From an uncultured Caldisericales bacterium (GTDB lineage: Bacteria > Caldisericota > Caldisericia > JAAYUI01): a stretch of 56,939 nt of DNA. The stretch is from the NCBI GenBank assembly GCA_964472265.1, contig CAYYJO010000003.1, positions 1 to 56,939 of the forward strand, read 5' to 3'. Below the pieces are notes generated by a model. That model ran no database searches and was not told where the DNA came from. It saw only the letters and a program-made list of their open reading frames with translations. Below, piece after piece: positions 39,376 to 47,669 of this stretch. The position numbers and the translations under genes are program-made. Numbering within the stretch: position 1 is the stretch's first letter; each line of letters opens with the position of its first letter.

Positions 39376-42300
39376 ATGAAGTCATGGGTATCGATCCTAT
39401 GTGTGACAGCAATCGTCTTTTCTTTGTTTATTCCCATTAATAACAGCAATGCGCTTGAGAAAATTGATGAAAACCTTATCGCCAGGGGGTTTGGCTCGTC
39501 AGAAACTGTCGAAGTTTTTGTTGAGTTGATGGAGCCCACTGTTGTTCAGTCAGCAACCTTCAAAACCAACAAAATCTTTGCCGCAAGAGAGATAATGAAC
39601 CCCGGGAACATCATGACAAGATTCCTTGTTTCGAAGCTTACCAGAATGCAAGATGTTTCGATCGGCAAGATTGAGGCTGTGGCCTCCGGTTTTGAGGTTT
39701 TAGACAGATTCCAGTACGCCTTCAATGGTCTTTATGCGAAAGCTCCATTGGCTGCAATTGAGAAAATCGCCTCACTGCCAGATGTAAAATTTGTCTGGGG
39801 CAATGCGACTCTGTATCCGACCAGAACGAGGGCGAGAGTGGCTCTAGGTTGTGAGACTGTTTGGCAAACGATCACGGATCCCAAGGGAAGGCCGGTTGAT
39901 GGGTCTGGAATGCTTGTTTCTGTGACTGATTCTGGTCTGGACTACGCTCATTCCGATTTTGGTTCCCAAAAGAAGGCAATTGGCAACAAGATCAAGGTTA
40001 GTCGTGATTTTGCCTACAATGATGATGACTGCCAGGAAGAATCAAACCTCTATACGGTTGGTCATGGAACAGCCTGCGCCGGCATCATTGCAGCCGATGG
40101 CCCCAAAAACAAAACAACAGGCGTGATGGAAAAAGGTCTTGCGCCAAAAGCATCCCTGGCCGGATACAAGATGGGCTACAGGGACGAACCGGGTTTTTCA
40201 TCAGCCTCAGCGCTCAAAGCCTTTGAATCTATGATAAAAGATAAAGTAGATGTTTCCAACAACTCATACGGATCTCCAACCGGAAGGTCACCAAATCAGG
40301 TTGCAGAAGAAAACTGTGTAAAGGCTGGCATCGTTGTTGTCGCATCTCAAGGCAATGAAGGATCGCCTGGGAGTTACCTGAAAATCACTTCAAGCAACAC
40401 CGCTTCCCCACCAAGTGTAATTTCTGTTGGCGCTCTCGACGATACTGACGGCGCAAAACTTGAAATTCTGGACTCAAACGATCCTCACATGACCGGTGAC
40501 GTTATGCCACTTCTGATGGGAATCACTGGCATCCAGTTTACGTCGGCGGATCTTCCTTTTGAAATTGTCGATTGTGGCTGGGGAAGGTCAGAGGATTTCA
40601 AAGGATTGGACGTAAAAGGTAAAATAGTCCTGATGCAGAAAGGACCTCACTCGTCCGAGAAACAGGGAGCAGAGGTTGATTTCAGGCAAAAATGTATCAA
40701 CGCAACAAAAAACGGAGCAAGAGCAGCAATCATCTACAACTACAACAACACAGAACTCAGGCCGGAATATTATGACCCTCTCAAGGAAGACCCCAAAAAA
40801 ATAGGCTTACTTCCAGCATTTCAGCTTGTTGGCTACGGTCAGGGAATGCAGATAAGATCAGCCTTACACAAGGGAAACAAGTGGCAAAAGGGTATGGTCG
40901 ACACAAGACAAAACACCGTGAAAGCCAAAATTAGGGATGTTGGCCGAAGAGGTGCAATCTCAACCTATTCATCGCAAGGCCCCAGCTATTTTGGTTTCCT
41001 TAAGCCCGATGTTTGCGCTCCAGCCGATGAAACCCACACAACAGCAGCCTCTTTCATGAAGAAATATCTGGGCGACTACTGGGAATTTTTCAACGGAACT
41101 TCTGCGGCAGGCCCTATGGTTGCAGGGTGTGCGGCACTGGTCAAACAGGGCAGACCAGAGTGGACAGCGTATGAGATCAAGCGGGCGTTGATGAACACAG
41201 CTGAACCGCTCAAGCGAGTGTCGGGTGATTATTATCTGCCAATGGTTTCTCAGGGAATGGGGCGAGTCCATGCCCAGCTTGCAATAACTACCAACCTGCT
41301 TATTCAGCCTGCCTCTACCGTGATCATTGCAAAAGATGGCAGGGTCAATATGACCGATCCATCTGATGACCTGTACGACCCTGACAAATTCCAGTTGCTT
41401 CCAAACGATGTAAAAACTTCAAAGATTCCTCTCAAGTTTACAAACTATTCCAAAAAAGAAATGACCGTAGATTTGAGTTATGAAGTGAACTCGCTCCATC
41501 CGGAAAGAGTTTCTGTCGACATCACATCCTCGAGTCTTAAGGTACCGCCAGCTGACGACAAAGGCAATCCAGGATCAGCCTGGGTGGGTGTTAACATCGA
41601 CTTTAATCAAGGCAACAAGGCAAGGCTCAATGACATCTACATCTGGGCTGTCGATAAGGCATCAAACAGAAAGTGGCACGTTGGCGTTTGTCTCTACTCC
41701 CAGAATCCGACATCGCCGGGCGTGGAGAACACTTATGTAAATGCGGTGGAGATTTCTGATCCGGTCATCTCGCCAAATGGTGACGGAATTGATGAAACAC
41801 TTGAAGGAACATTCGAGGTTTCATGCGGCAACTTTGAATACGAGAATTTTGACAACTATCTTCAGAGGGCACAGATTTGGGCCATTGATGTAAACCAGGA
41901 TGAGTGGGTGCTGATAAATGAAGAACCTTTCCTGGAACTTGGTCCACACAAATTCACCTGGGATGGCAAGGATTCCAACGGAGACTATATTCTTCCCGAT
42001 GGTGACTGGACTTTCAAAATCTTTGTGCCAGCTCACGTTGTTTCGAATGGGAAAACTGTTTCCGGTTATTACTCAAGCTTGATCGAAGACTCAGGGTTCA
42101 CGGTTGAAAGCAGCCCAATACCGACCCCACCGACCCTGTCAACGATAATAAACCCTTATGAACCAGGCGTGGGTCAGACTTTTGAAGTGGCTATTTATCT
42201 GAAAGGCGCAAAAAACATAAAGAGTGTCGAGTTCTATCTCACAATCCCGTCATCCTCACAGCTTGCAACCTACATGGGCTATGAAAAAGGTGATTTCATG

Positions 42301-42738
42301 CTCCAGGGCGATCCAAAGGTTTCGTTCTCCGTTAGCCACGATAAAGACAAGGAGACTGTTTATGTGAGCATCCAGAGGGTGCTTGACGGCGTTTCCGGTG
42401 ACGGTTGCCTGGTCAAGCTCAAGTTTGTGGCGTTGGAGCCAAACTATTTTGACGTGAAGTTCTCGGACATCACCCTCACCAAAGTTGATGACAATGAGAA
42501 AGAAGTAAACATCAAATCCTTCTACCGGGATGGTGAGATCGCAATCTACCCAACAGCATATTCTGTGGCTGATTTCAACCGGGATGAAAAGGTTGATGAC
42601 AAGGATTACAAGATCATTCTTTCCTGTCTTGGCGCAAAGGATGGCGATCCAAACTACAACTGGAGATGTGACCTCAACTTTGACAGAGTGATCGATATAA
42701 ACGATCTGTCCATCTTCTCAAAGAATTACAAGAAATAA
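39376..42738 (+). CDS. Subtilase paralog 3: S8 protease with PA insert, FlgD-Ig-like module, cohesin-like module and C-terminal dockerin
   Basis: Signal peptide MKSWVSILCVTAIVFSLFIP. Motifs VTDSGLDYAHSDFG, GHGTACAGIIAA, SNNSYG, NGTSAAGPMVAGCAAL. Cohesin-like nt ~42112-42561. Dockerin DFNRDEKVDDKD...CDLNFDRVIDIND nt ~42562-42735. Confidence 0.85.
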   Translation: MKSWVSILCVTAIVFSLFIPINNSNALEKIDENLIARGFGSSETVEVFVELMEPTVVQSATFKTNKIFAAREIMNPGNIMTRFLVSKLTRMQDVSIGKIEAVASGFEVLDRFQYAFNGLYAKAPLAAIEKIASLPDVKFVWGNATLYPTRTRARVALGCETVWQTITDPKGRPVDGSGMLVSVTDSGLDYAHSDFGSQKKAIGNKIKVSRDFAYNDDDCQEESNLYTVGHGTACAGIIAADGPKNKTTGVMEKGLAPKASLAGYKMGYRDEPGFSSASALKAFESMIKDKVDVSNNSYGSPTGRSPNQVAEENCVKAGIVVVASQGNEGSPGSYLKITSSNTASPPSVISVGALDDTDGAKLEILDSNDPHMTGDVMPLLMGITGIQFTSADLPFEIVDCGWGRSEDFKGLDVKGKIVLMQKGPHSSEKQGAEVDFRQKCINATKNGARAAIIYNYNNTELRPEYYDPLKEDPKKIGLLPAFQLVGYGQGMQIRSALHKGNKWQKGMVDTRQNTVKAKIRDVGRRGAISTYSSQGPSYFGFLKPDVCAPADETHTTAASFMKKYLGDYWEFFNGTSAAGPMVAGCAALVKQGRPEWTAYEIKRALMNTAEPLKRVSGDYYLPMVSQGMGRVHAQLAITTNLLIQPASTVIIAKDGRVNMTDPSDDLYDPDKFQLLPNDVKTSKIPLKFTNYSKKEMTVDLSYEVNSLHPERVSVDITSSSLKVPPADDKGNPGSAWVGVNIDFNQGNKARLNDIYIWAVDKASNRKWHVGVCLYSQNPTSPGVENTYVNAVEISDPVISPNGDGIDETLEGTFEVSCGNFEYENFDNYLQRAQIWAIDVNQDEWVLINEEPFLELGPHKFTWDGKDSNGDYILPDGDWTFKIFVPAHVVSNGKTVSGYYSSLIEDSGFTVESSPIPTPPTLSTIINPYEPGVGQTFEVAIYLKGAKNIKSVEFYLTIPSSSQLATYMGYEKGDFMLQGDPKVSFSVSHDKDKETVYVSIQRVLDGVSGDGCLVKLKFVALEPNYFDVKFSDITLTKVDDNEKEVNIKSFYRDGEIAIYPTAYSVADFNRDEKVDDKDYKIILSCLGAKDGDPNYNWRCDLNFDRVIDINDLSIFSKNYKK

Positions 42739-42756
42739 ATCCCGCCCCCATCAAAA

Positions 42757-42794
42757 AAACGACCGTCATTTTGCCATGGCGGTCGTTTTCATTT
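42757..42794 (+). terminator. Rho-independent terminator after paralog 3
   Basis: 9-bp stem aaacgaccg / cggtcgttt with a 14-nt loop, followed by ttttcattt. Confidence 0.65.
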
Positions 42795-42799
42795 ATAAT
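42771..42799 (+). promoter_or_regulatory. Sigma70-type promoter for subtilase paralog 4, overlapping the preceding terminator
   Basis: TTGCCA (42771-42776, inside the terminator loop), 17-nt spacer, TATAAT (42794-42799). Predicts a ~20-nt leader before ATG 42826. Confidence 0.5.
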
Positions 42800-42825
42800 G
42801 GATGGAAAATGGATGGTGCAAAAAG

Positions 42826-45800
42826 ATGATGAAAAAAATTGCTCTTCTGGTTTCCGTCATGATCATCCTGCCTGTGGCCGGCGTTTTTGCCATACAAGAC
42901 GGCTTGTCGAAGATAAGACCAAGCGTTCCCTCCTGCGATCCTGAAACTACAGTTGGCGTTTTTGTCGAACTCAGGGATCCGCCAGTTGTTTTTGCGCAAA
43001 CTTTTAATGGCGCAGTCGCAATTTCTTCAAGAGAGTTGATGAGACCAGGCAATGTTTCAACCAGATTTCAGCTGGCTATGCTGACAAACATGCAGGAAAA
43101 GCATTTAAGGACTGTCAAAAACATAGCTCCAGGCTCAAAAATAGGCATGTCTTACCGATATGCCTTCAACGGATATTTTATTGAGACAAAACGGGCAAAC
43201 CTGGAAAAAATAGCAAACTTGCCCGAAGTCTTGTCGATTTTTGCCATCAAGCCACAAACCATCCAGAGAACCCGTACAAGGGCGCTCATCGGAGCTGAAA
43301 AAGTCTGGCAGACCGTGAAAGACCCGAAAGGCAGGGAAGTTGACGGCAAAGGGGTGCTCATCTCAATCACAGACACTGGTCTGGACTATACTCACCCTGA
43401 TTTTGGCTCCCAGAAGAAACCGGTTGGTTCAAAAGTGGTTGTCAGTCGCGACCTTGCCATGAAAGACAACGACTGCCAGGAAGAGGCGATGGAGCTTCAC
43501 GGAACCGCCTGCGCTTCGATCGCTGCCGGTGATGGCCCCGACAATACTGTGACCGGCGTTAAGGAAAAAGGCATCGCTCCAAAGGCGCTTCTTGCCGGAT
43601 ACAAAGGCGCTGCAATCATCAACGGTCAGGAACAGTTCACACAGGAAGCTGCAATGGCCTCGTGGGACTGGCTGATTATTGACAAAATCGATGTTTCAAG
43701 CAACTCGTGGGGCGTGCCTTCCGGTGAACATGAGTTTGAAAAGCAGGAGCTGGCGTGCGCCCTTGTCGGGTGCACGGTTGTTTGTGCAAATGGCAATTAT
43801 GGAACACAGGGTGACGGCTACTTTCCTCTGCCACAGAGTTCCTCGGGTGCAGGGAATTCGGCCATTGGTGTTGGAGCAACCGATGATCTCGACGTTTCTT
43901 ATCTGAAAGTCAGCAACAAAAATGACTCAGTACAGCTAACCGGCATGTGGGGTGAAACCGGCAAAACGTTTGAAAAATTTGAAACTCCTTTACCTGTTGT
44001 CGATTGCCTCTGGGGAAGGGCAGGTGATTTTCCGGATGTCAAAGGCAAAGTCGCTTTGATTGAGCGAGGGCCGTTTGATCCAAAATTTGGCGAACCAGTA
44101 ACCTTTGCTGCAAAGATTGAGAGAGCGTATGACAACGGTGCTTTGGCGATAATACTATCAAACATTGATTCATCCTTCATTTATGGGAGCTATGCCGACG
44201 ACACCTCTCAAAAAATGCTGCCAATCTACGAACTTGGGAATTTCCAAGGTGACGCCGTCAGAAGAAGGCTTCATGACATGACTTCATGGAAACCCGGCGA
44301 ACTCGATCTGAAGCAAAAGGATGTGAAAGTCGAATTTTCAAGGCCGAAAGTGAAGGGCACGGTTGCTTACTTTTCGTCCAACGGGCCAACAAAACTGGGC
44401 TTCCTCAAACCTGACGTCTGCGCTGCCGGAATCGGAGTTCATGCGGCTGCATCCAAACATTTCTGGGACATCTACAAGGGCTACTATTTTGAGACGATGG
44501 GCGGAACATCATCGGCAACGCCGTTTGTTGCCGGTTGTGCTGCGCTTGTCAAGCAGGCCAGACCAGGCTGGTCTCCCTTTGAAATCAAACGGGCATTGAT
44601 GAACACAGGCACGCTTCTAACCAAGATGGATGGTTCAAGGTTTTTGCCATTTGTCGCACAGGGAATGGGCAGGGTAAATGTCTACGATGTCTGCACAACC
44701 AATATTTTAATCCAGCCTCCGTCAGCGCTCATCGTTGCAAATTCAAAAAAAATCAACATAGCTGATAAGCCTCCAGAACTTGGCGACCCGGCAAAACAGG
44801 CTGGAATTCCAAAGGATGTTTTGAAATCTGATATCCCCTTGAAAATTTACAATTATAGCGACAAGGAAGTGACGCTGAATCTCAGCTTTGAGATCAACTC
44901 AGGAAAGCCTGACCAATTCAGAGTTGGTTTCACTTCAACAGAGGTTGTGGTGCCACCGGCAAAGGACGAGCCAGGCTCCACCTGGGTTGGAATGAATGTG
45001 AAGATGCCGGCGATTGTCTGGGGATCACTCAACGACATCATCATCTGGATGACCGACAAAGTCACAAACAGACGCGTTCATACAGGCATCTGCATCTACA
45101 GCGGCGATCCCGAAAAAGGCAGACCGAAGCAGGGAATCATTAAAGACTTGAGGGCGAGCAACTGGAGAATAACGCCAGATGGCGACGGTGTGGATGACGA
45201 AATTGAGTTTAAATACGACATCACAGGCGGCCTGAAAGACGGCGAACCTTATCCGATCATAAACAATCAGGGAAAAATGCTGGTTTTCTGGGCTACCGAC
45301 AAAACCGGTGGCAGGTGGTCGGCAATTCATGTTCAGGATGAGTTCGAGCCTGGGCCTGACTCTTTTGTATGGGATGGGAAAGACATAGATGGGAAGATGG
45401 TTTTGCCTGATGGTGAGTGGTTTGTTGGAGTCACCGCACTTTCAAAGAGTCTGAGCGCTGAACAGTCTGCATTTGTAGATGGAATCAGTGAGTATCAGAC
45501 TGATTGCTCATTTGTGATGGAAGGCAGTTCGACTGAACCACCACCGAGTATTTCAGCAACCGTCGACCCAATCGAGCCATCGGTTGGCAACAAGCTGTGG
45601 ATTTGTTTGAATCTGTCGCATGCCAATAATGTGAAATCGCTTTCCATGAAGGTCAAAATAGAGGATGCAAAAGAGTTTATGCCCTACATCGGCTACGAAG
45701 TCATGACAACAGTAGACGATTTGGGGGCAAAACCGCTTGTGACCGTTGATTATGACGGCGAAACAGGGACTATCGAAATCGGCTGGCAGAAACCTTTTGA

Positions 45801-46155
45801 AGGAACCAGTGGTACAAGAGAGTTGCTCAGGCTTGGTTTCATGGCAAAGAAGGCCAGTTTTGCCGATGTGATTTTCGATGGTCTTGAAGTTACCGGATTG
45901 AACGACGCTGGCAAAGAGGAAAAAATAAGGATTTTATCAAGAGATTTGGAGTTTGCTATTGAAAAGACCGCCTTCAGTCCAGCCGATTTCAATAGGGATG
46001 GCAAGGTTGACAATGCCGATCTGGACTTGATCACCAATCTGCTTGGCGTTATAAAAGGCGATAAAACCTACAATTCCAGATGTGATATGGACAGAAATGG
46101 CATTATAGACACAACCGATCTGGCCATGTTTGCCAAATACCTGAATGCGCCGTGA
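42826..46155 (+). CDS. Subtilase paralog 4 (most divergent): S8 protease with PA insert, FlgD-Ig-like module, cohesin-like module and C-terminal dockerin
   Basis: Signal peptide MMKKIALLVSVMIILPVAGVFA. Motifs ITDTGLDYTHPDFG, LHGTACASIAAG, SSNSWG, GGTSSATPFVAGCAAL. Cohesin-like nt ~45529-45978. Dockerin DFNRDGKVDNAD...CDMDRNGIIDTTD nt ~45979-46152. Confidence 0.85.
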   Translation: MMKKIALLVSVMIILPVAGVFAIQDGLSKIRPSVPSCDPETTVGVFVELRDPPVVFAQTFNGAVAISSRELMRPGNVSTRFQLAMLTNMQEKHLRTVKNIAPGSKIGMSYRYAFNGYFIETKRANLEKIANLPEVLSIFAIKPQTIQRTRTRALIGAEKVWQTVKDPKGREVDGKGVLISITDTGLDYTHPDFGSQKKPVGSKVVVSRDLAMKDNDCQEEAMELHGTACASIAAGDGPDNTVTGVKEKGIAPKALLAGYKGAAIINGQEQFTQEAAMASWDWLIIDKIDVSSNSWGVPSGEHEFEKQELACALVGCTVVCANGNYGTQGDGYFPLPQSSSGAGNSAIGVGATDDLDVSYLKVSNKNDSVQLTGMWGETGKTFEKFETPLPVVDCLWGRAGDFPDVKGKVALIERGPFDPKFGEPVTFAAKIERAYDNGALAIILSNIDSSFIYGSYADDTSQKMLPIYELGNFQGDAVRRRLHDMTSWKPGELDLKQKDVKVEFSRPKVKGTVAYFSSNGPTKLGFLKPDVCAAGIGVHAAASKHFWDIYKGYYFETMGGTSSATPFVAGCAALVKQARPGWSPFEIKRALMNTGTLLTKMDGSRFLPFVAQGMGRVNVYDVCTTNILIQPPSALIVANSKKINIADKPPELGDPAKQAGIPKDVLKSDIPLKIYNYSDKEVTLNLSFEINSGKPDQFRVGFTSTEVVVPPAKDEPGSTWVGMNVKMPAIVWGSLNDIIIWMTDKVTNRRVHTGICIYSGDPEKGRPKQGIIKDLRASNWRITPDGDGVDDEIEFKYDITGGLKDGEPYPIINNQGKMLVFWATDKTGGRWSAIHVQDEFEPGPDSFVWDGKDIDGKMVLPDGEWFVGVTALSKSLSAEQSAFVDGISEYQTDCSFVMEGSSTEPPPSISATVDPIEPSVGNKLWICLNLSHANNVKSLSMKVKIEDAKEFMPYIGYEVMTTVDDLGAKPLVTVDYDGETGTIEIGWQKPFEGTSGTRELLRLGFMAKKASFADVIFDGLEVTGLNDAGKEEKIRILSRDLEFAIEKTAFSPADFNRDGKVDNADLDLITNLLGVIKGDKTYNSRCDMDRNGIIDTTDLAMFAKYLNAP

Positions 46156-46169
46156 GGAGTCAAGTTTAG

Positions 46170-47132
46170 ATGCTTGCGCTGAAACAGGATTTCATTGAGT
46201 TTTGCAGGCAGCGACAGCTGTTTGGAAAAGGTGACAGAGTTTTGGTCGCTTGCTCTGGTGGGTCGGATTCCGTGGCTTTGCTCAGGCTGCTGGAGTCAAC
46301 AAAAAATCTTTTTGGAATCAGTATTTTCTGCGGTCATGTCGATCATTGCCTGAGGCCTGGTTCGCATAATGACGCTGAATTTGTCAGGGCTGTATGCGAC
46401 AAGCTCTCAATTCCGTTTGCTCTGGAGAGAATTTCCGATGCTCCAGCCGGAAACCTTGAGGATTGGGCAAGAACCTGGCGACGGACATTGCTTGAAAAAA
46501 TGGCAATAGATTTTGGTTGCAACAAGATAGCCATCGCCCACAACGCAAACGACAAGGCAGAAACGCTGCTCCACAATCTTGCCAGAGGCTCAGGGCTTTA
46601 CGGAGCTGCCAACATGCGCTCACAACATGGAAACACCATCCGCCCGCTCTTGTTTGCCGGGAAAAGGGTAATTTTGCACTACCTTGGTGAACTCGGGCAA
46701 GGGTATGTGACTGACGAAACCAATGACGATACAAGATTTTCACGAAACATGATAAGAGCCAGGGTGATTCCCGAACTGGAATCGATTTTTCCTGAAACTG
46801 TTGCCAATATTTCAAGATTTTCAGAGCTTGCCTGCGATGAGTCCAGTTTTCTTGATGATCTGACCCGAGACTTCATGAAGTCAGTATTATCCGGCAACTC
46901 CCTGAGTGTATCAAAATTTTCAGTTGTCCCCAAGGTTTTGAAGCCAAGAATTGTGAGGCTGATAGTTGACTCAAAACATCCACCGTCACTTTCTGCCTGT
47001 ACAAACACTGTCGAATTCATTGAGACTTCCGAAACCGGAAAACATCTGACTGTGGACTGTGTGACATTTAACAAGATTTCAAAAAATATTGTCAATATTC
47101 TTTTCTTGCATGACACCGACCAAAGGTTATAA
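46170..47132 (+). CDS. tilS: tRNA(Ile)-lysidine synthase (short form)
   Basis: 320 aa with PP-loop VACSGGSDS. The position upstream of hpt-ftsH matches the conserved tilS-hpt-ftsH arrangement. Confidence 0.85.
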   Translation: MLALKQDFIEFCRQRQLFGKGDRVLVACSGGSDSVALLRLLESTKNLFGISIFCGHVDHCLRPGSHNDAEFVRAVCDKLSIPFALERISDAPAGNLEDWARTWRRTLLEKMAIDFGCNKIAIAHNANDKAETLLHNLARGSGLYGAANMRSQHGNTIRPLLFAGKRVILHYLGELGQGYVTDETNDDTRFSRNMIRARVIPELESIFPETVANISRFSELACDESSFLDDLTRDFMKSVLSGNSLSVSKFSVVPKVLKPRIVRLIVDSKHPPSLSACTNTVEFIETSETGKHLTVDCVTFNKISKNIVNILFLHDTDQRL

Positions 47133-47144
47133 TCCACCTCGTCA

Positions 47145-47669
47145 ATGGAACTCACGCTTGGCGATGTTTTGATCCCTTCACGGGAGATCGGTTCAAAGGT
47201 TTCTTTCCTGGCTGGCAGGATTGCCGAGGAATATGGCTGCGAACTGCCGGTTTTTGTTGCTCTTCTGACCGGCTCGTTCATTTTCTGTTCTGACCTTGTC
47301 AGGCAATTCAACCAATCAATACAGGTCTGCTTCATAAAAGCCAGCTCCTACAGCGGAACATGCACAACCGGAAAGGTGACGGTCACAGGTCTTGACGGAC
47401 TGAACCTCAAGGATCAAAGGGTGCTCATTGTTGAGGACATCGTTGACACAGGACTGACGTTAAATTCAGTCGTGGAAAGCATAAAACAAAAATCTCCAAA
47501 GGATGTCAAAGTAGTGTCGCTGCTTGACAAGCCGTCACGGAGGAAGGTTGATTTCACGCCTGACTTTGTGGGTTTTTCAATCCCGGATTTTTTCGTGGTT
47601 GGATACGGGCTTGACTGCAACGAACAATACAGGAACCTTCCTGACATACACCAGATGAGGATCGGATGA
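47145..47669 (+). CDS. hpt: Hypoxanthine phosphoribosyltransferase
   Basis: 174 aa with PRPP-binding motif VLIVEDIVDTGLTL. ATGA overlap with ftsH. Confidence 0.9.
   Translation: MELTLGDVLIPSREIGSKVSFLAGRIAEEYGCELPVFVALLTGSFIFCSDLVRQFNQSIQVCFIKASSYSGTCTTGKVTVTGLDGLNLKDQRVLIVEDIVDTGLTLNSVVESIKQKSPKDVKVVSLLDKPSRRKVDFTPDFVGFSIPDFFVVGYGLDCNEQYRNLPDIHQMRIG

Noticed and set aside
35119-46152. The C-terminal tails of the subtilases as type IX secretion (Por) sorting domains or LPXTG/S-layer anchors
   Set aside because: The extreme C-termini are paired D-x-N-x-D-G calcium-loop repeats, which is the dockerin pattern. They are not a beta-sandwich CTD. I saw no LPXTG motif followed by a hydrophobic tail and no SLH repeats.
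32350-46155. The subtilase array as RiPP or lantibiotic leader peptidases
   Set aside because: There are no small precursor-peptide ORFs, modification enzymes or ABC exporters nearby. The proteins are about 1100 aa with surface-assembly modules, which fits nutritional or extracellular proteolysis better.
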